DNA from: Hemiscyllium ocellatum | Taxonomy: Eukaryota | Reading direction: 5' to 3' | Assembly: GCF_020745735.1 (NCBI RefSeq) | Contig: NC_083415.1 | Coordinates: 21,469,731 to 21,533,730, forward strand | Length of the DNA stretch: 64,000 nt | Part shown: one piece after another, positions 10,261 through 22,269 of the stretch | Numbering within the stretch: the stretch's first letter is position 1 | Layout: every line of letters starts with the position of its first letter | Notes under the pieces: model-generated | Told to the model about the DNA's origin: nothing | Database searches by the model: none | Seen by the model: only the letters and a program-made list of their open reading frames with translations | Program-made: the position numbers and the translations under genes

Positions 10261-12719
10261 CAATAAAAAAAATTTTCCATGCTAGTTGCTTCATTCTGCT
10301 GGGGAGCTACGTGTAATAGTGCAGTTAGCTCACGCTAACCTCAATGCAGTAACACAAATCATTCCACATCCGAGGAAATGGCACACCCCATTTGATCCAA
10401 CAACCCGGGACTAAAACCAGTTTGCACCACTTTAATGCTTAGGAAATGCACTGGGATGACCTGTTTCTCTCATAATTTGTGGAAGTGTTTTAAACGATGG
10501 TCGAAATAGCAAGATGGTCTCAAAGAGAAAGGGAAAGGTTCCTGAAACTGACAAGCCAGAATTATTTCCATTCGGGCCCGATTCACTGGCTGTGGTGGAT
10601 AAGTTGTTGCCAAGTAATGTTTTGGTATTCAGCGTGTGTATATATAATGTTGATAAAGTTTAATAGTCCCTGGGAGTAGTTACATTGTAGCAGTTCTTTG
10701 CTGCATTGTATTAAAGGTGCTGATGAGTTACCTCTCTCGTTGCTTAGCCACAATGTAACAAGCAGCGAGGAACGTACCGCTTCTGTCCAACACGCAGGGG
10801 TGTGCACAACCCCTAGACCAGAGCTGCCCCCTTTTCTGTTTTTTTTTAAAAAGAAAACAAACTCTGAAATGATTGCAGGGCACGGCAGTTGGAGAATGCG
10901 CCTCACTGGCGCCTAATATAATATAGATGTCCTAATGCTTCCAAGTGACTTGAGCTGAAAAACTCCGCTTTGTTGAATTGTGACTTAATCTTAAAAAGCT
11001 TGAGAATTTTCTGTGGGCAGCAAGGGGAAAATAATATCTGATGTCTCAGATTGTAATTTAGAAAAGAATATTCTGTCATGCATGAAGAAAGCCTTAGCTG
11101 GGAGATAGACCATTGGGAAGGATTGGAAGATTGATGGAGGCTGAAAATAGTTCAGGAGGTGAACAGTTTTTGGAAGCATACGCTTGTGGAGGAGAAAGAA
11201 TGGTAACTATCTATATTTTGACAATAGTGACAGAGGATGTACAGAAGCAGTCAGATCATAATGATATCAGATCACATGGGATTGAGAACTGATGAATTCG
11301 GGCACTAGTAAAGAACTGCTCAACTATAGTTATGTCTGCAATTTATGAACAATGAGCACTAATAGATTGCATTACCATGTGTTCACTCCTTCTATGTTTA
11401 AAGTTCCATGAAGTTGATAATGATATTTCTACATGGAGATATTTCAAAATTTGGAAGAGCACACAGCAATGGAGATTAGTGTTGGTGTTAGGGAAGTGCT
11501 CAAAGACACGACCAAAGAGATCCTGAAGAGCCTTTGAAGATGGAAAGAAAAGTGAAAAGCCCAAGGAGTTTATGGAGAGAGTTTCAGAATGCAGGGATAA
11601 TCTGAATAAATGCTGTGCTATTAAAGATAGAGTGCAGGAAACATGGATTGTGCAGGAAATTAGGGTGAAAAAGGAGGAAAATGCAGAATACCCAGCATGC
11701 AAAGATCAGACATGGAATTAAACAGTCCAGCAGGAGGCCAATCAACCTTTCCTGGCTGTGTTTTGAACAAGATATTCACCTGCTTTCTCTCCCCTAAACT
11801 AAGCAAATGTCTTCAATTTGGTTATTTATTCAATTTCCTTTCAAAGTTATTTTTGATTCTGCTTCTACCACACAAACTAACATTGCATTCCAGGTTATAA
11901 ATCTGACTGCACAAAAACTAGTTTGATCACGTCTAGTTCATTTGTCAATTGCATTAAAAACTTGCCGTCAATGACTACTGCTATTAGAAGCAGTCATGTT
12001 TTGGCTGATAGCTGGAATGCAACATATATTTAACAGACATGATCATGATATCATCACCTTAAAGATCTTGGTCTCCATCTGGCTGAAACCACTCACACCC
12101 ATCATGTTGTGGAAGGATGCACAAATTGCTCATTATTAGCCCAAAAACTGAAGTGTCTGTAATTGTAATATGTGGAGATACATGGAGCTGTAATAATTGT
12201 CTGTTGAATTTTCCAGTTCTACTTTATCCATGTCTTGTTCTTATACTATGGAAGCTAACAGAAGTGATGCCTCATCAAACAGATATACCTTGATATAGAT
12301 AAAAAGCCCATCACAGCAGCTACAACAGATCATGAAGGCAGATCATGGTCGCAGCTGTTAACTGCAAAAAACTCCAAGATCTTGTTTGCACACACTAGAA
12401 AGCTTTACACAAGATTAGAGAACCCTGGACTTCAAAGCTTTCAAAAGACTAACAGTATAATTCTGTGAGCATGGGTCTACAAAGTCAAGTGCCAGAAGGC
12501 AGAGTTGCCTCTTTTCTACTTCATGCTTAAGTATTAACTAGCAAGACAGAAGCCCTGTGTCTCTTTTATTTTAGAAAGAAGTCAGCCTGCTTCTTAAAGA
12601 TTAAAAGTAAAAATAGGAGTCAAAGACACAACCAGTTTAAACACAGAGGCCTCCTGAGTTTCTGATAAAACATAATATTAAAGCATTAGAGAATTATATT
12701 CTAAATGGAAGAAATTTAC

Positions 12720-13035
12720 CTTTGTGTGGGGCTGATTGGTTATTCCATCATACACCTGGTTTGTCCTTTATAGATGAAGACTCTTACCTTTGCTACAGGT
12801 CTCCCATCCAAGCCGTATCAAAGCCTTGTAGACGATGTATAAAAGCTTTGCCCTCATCTACACATGTTGTCATCTCTTCCATCATTTTAATCAAGTTGGT
12901 CAGATATGTCCTCCCCTGATAAAACCATGCTGACTGTTCTTGATTAATCCTCTTTGAATGCAGATTCATTCTGTCCCTCTGAATTGCTTCCAGTTATTTC
13001 CTCATCACAGAGTTTAGACTGACTGGCCTGTGGTT
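12720..13035 (-). mobile_element. CR1 RT fragment
   Basis: Homologous to the QHGF…CLTNLIEF…VDV…DF region at 46100-46300. Confidence 0.6.
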
Positions 13036-13399
13036 TCACTCAAGCTCCTTTGTACCAAACTTGGTCAAATGTGACCTTGATGTTAAGGTCGATCATTCTC
13101 ATCTCACCTCATGAATTCAACCCTTTTATTCATGCTTTGTCCATCGATATTAGCCAATCAATCTGTTACAATGGTTATGATGCACAAAGCAAGATGATTT
13201 TAGTTGAATTGTTGCAATGAACAGTCATCAAACAATATTTGTCCAATCCTGAAGACATGCCTGAATCACCTTTTTATTCTTTCAACTCCTCAATCTTGCC
13301 AGCATTTCCTCCTTCAGCAGAATGTGAAAGCTGTTATAACTTTCACTGATGATCCTACAGACAGGCCGAGACATTGTGGTTCATGGGTAGTACAGGAAT

Positions 13400-13705
13400 G
13401 GTGGTATGATTTCAGATCAGGATGGTGTGTGACTTGGAAGGGACTTGCAAATAATGGTGGATAGCATGTGCCTGTTGCCTTTGTCTTGCTTGATGTAGTC
13501 CCAGGTTCGGAAGGTGCTATCAAAGGACCCTAAATTAATTACAAAGCCTCTTATAGAAGCTATCTGTGTGTCAGTGGTAAAGGAACTGAATATTCAAAGT
13601 GACAGATATGGTTCCAATTAAGCAGGCTTCTTTGTCCTGGACAGTGTTAAGCTTCTAGACTGTTGTAGGAGCTGCACCCATCCAGACAACTGGGGAGGAC
13701 TCCAT
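13400..13705 (-). mobile_element. LINE family 2 (CR1 clade) 3' fragment
   Basis: Homologous to 26080-26400 and the reverse of 61720-62000. Confidence 0.65.
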
Positions 13706-14359
13706 CAATTTGTCTTTTCAATTCAGCATCAGGTCATGGGATGCTCTGTGATGACATCATTCCTGTTTGGTGCAAAATCCATACAGTGGCTCTAACCTGT
13801 TACTCCAGGCCTTTATCTCACGACACTGTCCCAAAGGCATCAAAACTTACTAAAGGTGCTACATCAATGAAAAGTAAAGAAAATTAGAACCAAAAGAAAG
13901 AAACAAAAGAAAGAAAACTAAAGAAAGAATAGCAGACCATGTGAAAGAAATGAGCAAACAAGGCCTTCACTTGAAAGAATACAAGAAATGGAAAGCGAAT
14001 ATTTAAAGATTAGGATCAAGAGAATTCTTCAATGAATTAGTTCAATTGAAGCAATTTATGCATTTTTACTTCATAAATTTAGGAATAGATGATCCTGAAA
14101 GGAAATCTCTAAACTTTACTTGCTGGAGGTAATGAGGGGCTTCAGAGAATGAATGCATCCAATCTTTCTGAGAACGATAAGAAGATCTAGAGAAAATCAG
14201 GAGCTTACACAAAGACCATTTCAAGGTATGAATCAACTAATAAATTAACACATTTCAGCTCATTTCATGCAAGCAAAAAATGTAAGAGTCTATTCAGGAT
14301 ATTGTTGCACTTGTGCAAAGATTTCTCTGTGGAAGAACTTGCAGAGATGTTAATGCAGA

Positions 14360-14635
14360 TGGTCATCATCCCTTCACTGATTAAAATCTACAGGATACTG
14401 CAAAAGCTAGCAGCATTCCAGCAATAGTACTGAAGATTTGTGCTCCAGAACTAGCTGCATGGCTAGCCAGGCTGATCCAGTACAGAGAAAACACTGGCAT
14501 CTACTTGACAATGTGGGAAATTGCCCAAGTATGTCTGGCACATAGAAAGCAGAACAAATCCTTCTTGGGCAGTTACTGCCACTTCACTTGATCATCAGTA
14601 AAGTGATAGAAGGCATCATCAACAGTGTACTGAAA
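14360..14635 (+). mobile_element. LINE family 2 RT fragment
   Basis: gatactgcaaaagcta…agtactgaagatttgtgctccagaacta…agtaaagtgatagaaggcatcatcaacagtg matches 60730-60965. Confidence 0.75.
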
Positions 14636-16249
14636 AGGCACAAGGTATTTGCACAAAGGAGTCAGCCAGCTGAATGGATGTGAACCTCTGAGACTTTTTG
14701 AGTATGGGCCTATTCAAGCTGATGTTTCCATCCCTTACTCTATATTCCTGTCTGCTTGACCCATCCAAAAAGAATAAGATTATGTTTACCTGTGTGTGGG
14801 CCCCTATTACTCAAATGAACCCTCCTTGTTATTCCCAATTGAATTGACCCCAAGGTGGCCTCTTAACGGCCCAAAAGGAAAATTCAGTAAGACCTGTGAA
14901 TGATGTAATACATTTCCATGTATTACAGAATTTTTAAATTTATTTTTCCCTCTGAGTGACAAATATCTCCAAAATGTCCCTCAGGCTTCTGCCACTAGTG
15001 TTGCAATGTTTCCAACTCACATTTCAATTTTATAATGTGATTGCAACCCAGAAAAAATAATTCAATCCATAACAATAGTTTCGAACCCTTCAAGCCACAG
15101 ATGGGTTCAGTAGTTTCTTCAACTATTTCTCATATCGGCATCCTTATTATGGAAAGTTTAGTTTAATGGGTAAACATTTGAACCTATTCACAAATCAAGA
15201 ACAATGACATGGAAAACAGAGGATAAGCTACCATCTAATGTTGAAACTGTAAACATTAAACCATTTTTCATAGATGATTTATCACATATTCATGTGAATT
15301 GAGTATTTTGATTCCATCTGATGTTACTACTGAACAAGTAAAATAAATTGTGGTTTGATAGATCATATTTAGTTTCTTAACTTGATGGTCTTTCACAAAA
15401 AAATAGAAATATGACAGGCTGCAGATTTGGTGTCAATAATAAAATGGAGTTCTATCATTCAAAAGGAAGAAAAGTAAAATAAATCAACTCAGTTTGAAAG
15501 ATTTGAAAGCACATACAAAGATGGAATTCCATCTACCCCTAACTTTACAATTACTGGAAAATCTGAGAAGTTTCTCTTTGTCATGATATACGTAGATTTG
15601 CTGGAACTGCAATTTCTCCATTCCTAACTTATGAACTTTCTTTTAAATCTTAACAAATAACATATTCAACATTTTCAAATGTTTGTTTTTGTTTGTTTTT
15701 GAATAACCAATGTAGATTTCTATCCAGACATTTCTTGTGCACACATTTTAAAAATGAAACTCTTTCATTGTGGTGTCTTATTTTCTTTACAGTGCTGAAC
15801 TAATTTTCCTTTTTCTTGGAGACAACCAAACATACATCTGATTCTAATTAGGGCCACCTTTGAACTGTCCAAAATGTTCTCACCTCTGGGATATTCTGAG
15901 CTAAACTCAATACTTTTATTTTAAACTCAACATCAAGCGAATATCTTTGATTTTTTTTCCTTCTGTTGTAAAATACCAAAAATAAACAAACCTCCATTAA
16001 CAATCCAGGAGGACTCAGACATCTGATCTTTGAAATATTCTATTCTAAATCATGGTTCTGGAAAGGCTGACCTGATTAATTTTTAAACCATTTTTAAAAA
16101 AAAAATTAACACCAACGTGCCACTAGTTTAAAATCGAAACATAATAAAAATGAGATTGTTTTCTGTAGATTTTTATAGAGCTTCCATCACATTGGAGTAA
16201 GAATATTGTTAAGATCAAAGTACTACTTCAAGTTTAATTTATGTGTTAT

Positions 16250-17237
16250 TTGTTAAGAAGGATAGACACATTTTAGCTTCATTTTCGGAGGCATTCCTCC
16301 ACGATGGTGAGGTCTATGGAAGTCTTTTTTAAACACGTATTTTAGTGAGATGTTATTACCCTTGAAATGAAGAGATGAGCGTTAGTAGTTAGCGTATTAA
16401 AATAAGTGAAAAAATCGGTGATGTTGCCTAGTGACAGGAATCCATAGAAACACAGAAAAATCTCGAAGAGAATCGGTGAGTCTGTATAGAGTGTGTGGGA
16501 GAGAGTTGAGAAAAGACTGTTAGAGTCTGTAATGAAAGATTCTGCAAGACTGTTCAAAACTGAGATTAGTGAAGTCTTTTTTGTTCTGAAGTTAAAGAAA
16601 TAGTGAGTTTAGTCTGTAGTTTGTTTTCATTTTCTGAGGGAGAGATACTAATTAAAGAAAGAAAAATCTTGTTAATGTGCAGAAAACTGATGCCAGCTAT
16701 GCCAGTCTGAGTAGGCAGCTATGATGTGGAGATACTGGTAAATCTTAACTACTTTTTCAATGTTTATAAACATGTCACTGGGATAAATGGAATAATGTGG
16801 CTTTGAATCTTAGAATTCATTGCTGTACGGAAAGAGGCCATTTATCCCATTAAATCTGTACTGACAATGTGAATAGCATTGCACCAAGACCCATCTGTCC
16901 AACCCTGTGACTGCATAGGGTTTATACAATGACTAATCCACCTAACCTGCACATCTTTGGACTGTGGGAGGAAAGCGGAGCACCCGGAGGAGAATGTGCA
17001 AACTCCACATTGACCTTTTGCTGGTGGTTGGAATAAAATACTTTCAACCTTTCTTTGTCTGGTATAATATAGCTCATGTTTTCTTCTTTAATATATGTCT
17101 TAATCTGTACACTGTCAGACTCTTGCGGCTGTATTCAGAAATTGATCTTTGCGGTTAAAATAAAATAGGGTTTATCAATACAGGTTTCATTCTAAGATCT
17201 GACTCATTCAGTATTAACATTAACTGGGGTCATAACA
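16250..17237 (+). mobile_element. Possible solo LTR carrying a degenerate HE1 SINE (about 16810-17010, minus strand)
   Basis: Candidate TG start, AATAAA at about 17032, ends …tggggtcataaCA; the SINE piece cctaacctgcacatctttggactgtgggaggaaa is clear; no TSD found. Confidence 0.35.
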
Positions 17238-18996
17238 GTACTCTTTCACTTTCCAGCTGTAATTAATTTTGATTAACAGTTTTTGAGAGCAATATTCATA
17301 TATACAAGCTGAAATTGTGGTCTACTACATATTGGAAGATTAATATCAGTGATACTGGCTGATGATCACAGATGCATCAAATTGTAAATATGACCTTTTA
17401 GGTGACTAAATGAACTACTCTTTGTTTTAGTAAGTGTAAAACCAACTAGGTTTAGTTTTACATACCTGGTCCATCCTCTTAGGCATACCAGATTTAGTTT
17501 TGATTCTAATTTGAGGTCGCCACATATTTGATGTTTCTGAGAACTTGATACATTTCCAAATTTTAATTAAAATTAAGTATGCTGTAGAAATGATTTATAA
17601 CTCACAATGATGGATTACATAATTTCAGGTAGATAGTATTTATAAATTGCGTCTGATATCTATTATCAAGAATGATCCATTATTCAGAATGCTAATAACC
17701 TAAATCTCTCGCCTTGCATAATGAAATGTCTTCTCTATTTTACACCTTCTGAACAACTTGGCTAAAATTCCAGCCACAATTGAGAGAATGTGATGCAAAT
17801 ATGGGCAAATTGTTGACACAAATAAGTATGGTGTGATAAAACATAGATTAAACTTAAAACATTGCTTAATTCTGATCAGAATCTCCCCTTTTTTGTTTTA
17901 GTATGGGGTGCTAATCAAAATTGACAAACAAATGAGAATGAGTATCTTTTGCATCATGAAACATACAAACTAGGAGCAAAAGTAGACAATTCGGCCCTTT
18001 GAGTTTGCTCCACCAATTGATATGATCACAGCTAACCTTTTGTCTTAACGTCATATTTCAGCTTTCTCCCCATGCCTTTTGTAATTATCGGTAGTTTCTG
18101 GGTCCTAAAGTTCACTGATTGAAACCACTCCTTGGGGAGAACCAATACTGATAAGGTATTCTTTTTAAATTCCTAGTTGGGCAGGGGAGAGAGCTGGATC
18201 AAAGCTTTTGGAGGCTAGGTTGGAGGCCATCTTGGGAATTGAAGGCTTCACCCCTCTATCAGGACTGGCACGTCATTGTGGTTGCTCAATCAGGAAACTA
18301 AGTACTTTCTTATCCATCAGTGAGGCAGGTTATCAAGGACTGGGGAGTTGAGGCTCTTAAACAGCCATTAATTGACCACTTCAGGGCTTTAGTTAAGAAA
18401 ATTAGCCCGTGAACTTTTGTGCTCAACACTTAATTGCTGAGGTGACAAGAAGGGGTAAATTTCTCTCCAGACTAACTTACCATTATTTCCTTTTCTTCGC
18501 ATCTCCAAGGAGGAGAAACCTGTATCCATTGTCTTTCAGGCTAAACGTTCACTAGAAACTGGAACAATCACAGTTACATAGAAATGTCATGTTCAGAAAG
18601 AAACAAATAAACCTGACAAGTCCACTCAAGCCTTCTGCCACCTTTCCTATTGTCTAACTCGATCTATTTCAACCTGATTTGGAGGTGTCGGTGTTAGACT
18701 GGGGTGGACAAAGTTAGAAATCACATAACACCACGTTATAGTCCAACAGGTTTTTTGGAGGCACTGGCTTTTGGAGTGCAGCTCCTTCATCGGTGGTTGT
18801 GGAGTATAAGATCATAAGACACAGGATTTATAGCAAATGTTTACAGTGTGGTATAACTGAAATTTATATTGAAAAAGACCTGGATTGTTTGTTAAGTCTC
18901 TCATCTTTTAGAATGAACATGTTGGATTCAGTTCTTTCATATGTAAATCACAGAATCTTTTGAAAGTTACATTCTGAAGTGAACTTTAACACTTTG

Positions 18997-19317
18997 GTGG
19001 GCAGCACAGTGGCACAGTGGTTAGCACTGCTGCCTCACAGTGCCAGAGACCCAGGTTCAATTCCCGCCTCAGGCGACTGACTGTGTGGAGTTTGCATGTT
19101 CTCCCCATGTCTGCGTGGGTTTCCTCTGGGTGGTCCGGTTTCCTCCCACAGTCCAAAGATGAGCGGGTCAGGTGAATTGGCCATGCTAAATTGCCCGTAG
19201 TGTTGGGTAGGGGGTAGGTGTAGGGGTGTGGGTGGGTTGCGCTTTGGCGAGTCGGTGTGGACTTCTTGGTCCGAAGGGCCTGTTTCCACACTGTAAGTAA
19301 TCTAAAGTAATCTAATC
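18997..19317 (+). mobile_element. HE1-type V-SINE inserted in the PLE
   Basis: Full head, V domain and tail; TSD ttaaca at 18986-18991 and 19318-19323. Confidence 0.92.
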
Positions 19318-19510
19318 TTAACAATTGGTGTCATGTCGGCCCAGATAATACATTGAAGGTGTGAGCTGCCCTGTGTGAGGCTGTCTGTGCCACAATGTTC
19401 AGACTGATTCTCATCTAAAAAAGGGATTTACAGACTCTTACATGGATTCATGCAGTTTTTGAGCAAAATAAAATGTAATTCTGCAAGTACAAATTCACCC
19501 CATAAAGTTA

Positions 19511-19519
19511 TGTGTGTGA

Positions 19520-19558
<39 letters not shown>

Positions 19559-19850
19559 GGGGGGTGGGTGGGCAAGGTATTATGAGTGTCTGTGAGAGTG
19601 TGTGTATGTGTGTGAGTGTAAAGTGGTATAAGTCTGTGAGATGGTGTGTGCGTGTGTGAGAGTGTATGTGTGAGTGTGTGAGAGAGCGTCTGTGTGAGTG
19701 TATGGGTCTGTAAGAGTGTGTGTGTGTGTGCCTGTAGGAGTGTGTGCGCGTCTGTGTATGTGTGTATCAGTGAGTGTGTGTCTGTGTGCACGTGTGTGTG
19801 TGCGTGTGTGTGTGTTTCTGAGCATATACGTTTCTGTGCATGTGTGTAGT
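19511..19850. repeat. (TG)n-rich degenerate microsatellite array, internal to the PLE
   Basis: Direct inspection; mirrored by the (CA)n array at 20777-21110. Confidence 0.9.
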
Positions 19851-20090
19851 GCAGTGGGGTCACCTGTAGTGTGACATGAACCCAAGGTCCCAGTTAAGGT
19901 CATCCCCTTGGGTACCAACTTGGCTAGCAGCCTCTGCTCAGTCACTTTGCATTGTTGCCTGTGCTGAAGACAAGCTTGAAGGATGGTCACCCAAAGATCC
20001 AAGGTCAAATGTGCCAGACCACCGAAGTGTTCTCCGACTGGGAGAGAACAGTCCTGTCTGTTGATTGTTCTGCGGTATCCATTCAGTTGT

Positions 20091-21060
20091 GCCACAGCAA
20101 GAAACCATAATGACCTCCTCAGTAGAGACACGAGCTGCAACCGACAGGATACCCTTCGCTGTCTAGTACTTCCCAGGAGCTGAGAAGCTACACCATGTTC
20201 TTCACAGCCTGCAACACATTATCAATGAGGATGAGCACCTCGCCAAGACCTTGCCCACACCTCCACTTCTCGCCTTTAAATAGCCACCAAACCTCAAACA
20301 GATCATTGTTCGTCACAAACTGCCCAGCTTTCAGGACAACACCATATAACCTTGTCATGGTAGATGTTGCAAGACGTGGCAGAGTGCCGACATGGATGCC
20401 ACCATTACATGTGGGGATACCACCCACCTTGTACATGGCAGGTACTCATGCGACTCAGCCAATGTTGTCAACGCTGCAGGCAAGGATGCCCTGAGTCATG
20501 GTGCATTGGCAAGTCTGAGCAGAGGCTATGGCAACAGATGAACGGACACCCCACAACAATCAACAGACAGGAGTGTTCCCTCCCGGTCGGAGAACACTTC
20601 AGCCGTCTGAGCCATTTGACCTCGGACCTTCGGGTGACCATCCTCCAAGACGGACTTTGGGACACATAACAACACAAAGTGGCCGAGCAGATGCTGATAG
20701 ACAATTTTGGTACCCATGGGGATGGCCTCAACCAGGACCTTGGGTTCATGTCACACTACAGGTGACCCCATTGCACTACACACACACACACACACACACA
20801 TGCACATACAGACATTCACATGCACACAGAGAGCAAACACACAGACAATCCTGTATACGCACATTCCTACAAATACACACACTCTTAGAGACCCATACAC
20901 TCATGCAGACCTTCTCTCATCCGCTCACAAATACACTCCCACACTCACATACACACTCATGCCCTCTCACAGACTTATACCCCTTTACACTCACACTCAC
21001 ATGCATACACACATTCTCACAGACACGCATAACATTCCCCCCCATCCCCACCACCCCAAC

Positions 21061-21115
<55 letters not shown>

Positions 21116-21312
21116 GGGGTGAATTTGTACTTGCAGAATTACATTTAGTTTGCTCAAAAATTGCATGAAGCCACGCAAGATTCTATAAATCCATTTTTTA
21201 GCTGAGAATCAGCCTGAACATTGAGGCACAGACAGTCTCACACAGGGCAGCTCACAACTTCAATGCATTATCTGGGCCGACATGACACCTACTGTTAAAG
21301 TTCACTTGAGAA
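20091..21312 (+). pseudogene. Penelope-like element: linker, GIY-YIG endonuclease and 3' UTR (degenerate)
   Basis: RIPF…YFPGAEKL…PPLLAFKxPPNLKQIIVR…PCHGRCCKT…GRYSCDSANVV…CRQGCPESWCIGKSEQRL…MNGH…SLPVGEHF…EQMLI…GLN; stops and frameshifts present. Confidence 0.88.
20777..21110. repeat. (CA)n-rich array in the PLE 3' UTR
   Basis: Direct inspection. Confidence 0.9.
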
Positions 21313-21329
21313 AATACATGCTCTATTTT

Positions 21330-22140
21330 TGCAATAACAAAACTCAGACAACTCTTCAGGAGAAAAGAGATGCATTCTTTCCTCTAAGCTGGAACCCTAA
21401 TGTTCTAGTGTGATCTTTCAAAAAGTTTTTTTGCACTTTCTCAGGTATCGCTACATCTTTTTCCTAATATGATGACCTGAATCAGACATGGTACACCAAG
21501 TGTGATTTGATCAGGTCCAATGCAAGCTTACTATAACATCTCCCATTTTAAATGCTATCCTTCAAAAATTAAATGCTTATGACTTGATTTAGTTTAGTTT
21601 AGTTTCCGACTGCTTTGACCTGTGTCACAACATTTAGGGATTTGTACCTTTGAACTATGAGATTCCATTACTCCTCAACATATTTCGATTCTTACTTTCC
21701 CATAAATACACAACCCCCTTATTTCTCTTACTAAGATATAATGCCTTACACTTAAATGTCTTGGAATTCATTTGCTAATTATATTTCCACTTTTCAAGGG
21801 TATTAGTATCTTCTTGTGATTTGTTGCAGTCTTCTTCACTGTTGAATATTCCTAACAGTTGCAATATTTGGCATCACAAATCCAGAAATCATATTTTTTT
21901 TTCATTTCCAAATCTGGATTAATAATATAAATTGTGAAAAACAGCATTGATCCTTGTACTTCCAGCTTCTCAGATTTTGCTTCTCTAAATAGCTGCTATT
22001 TACTATTAAACACTAATCTTCTTTTGTCAGCTAGACAGCTACAATTCAGTTAATTGTCCCTTGACTCAATATGCTTTTGACCTTATTTGTCTATATTGTG
22101 GTACCTGAGCGAAGGTACTAAAATGTTATATGTTATTTGG
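21330..22140 (-). mobile_element. Very old CR1 RT fragment
   Basis: Faint homology to the RT 3' half (…tgtgatttgatcagg…, ttacacttaaatgtcttggaattcatttg). Confidence 0.45.
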
Positions 22141-22269
22141 GATGATACATACCCTTCTGGCATGTATTTCCTATTCTGATGCAATGTAATTTTTCTTCAT
22201 TCATCGTCAGCTAGTAATCTCCACATTGTTGCTTATTATAGTGTGTGGAACCAGGATAACACTGTCTCT

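Larger units (their letters stand above)
18678..20090 (-). mobile_element. Penelope-like element 3' part: GIY-YIG C-terminus, CA-rich UTR, terminal repeat with relic hammerhead
   Basis: NGYRRTINRQDCSLPVGEHF…EQRLLAK; reverse strand 18762-18795 CAC-CGATGA-A-GGAG-ctgca-CTCC-AAAA-GCCA-GTG. Confidence 0.85.

Noticed and set aside
11940-12700. Possible Gypsy integrase relic
   Set aside because: No convincing motif recovered
19450-21168. Long His/Thr- and Val/Cys-rich ORFs (up to 206 aa)
   Set aside because: Translations of (CA)n/(TG)n arrays, not genes
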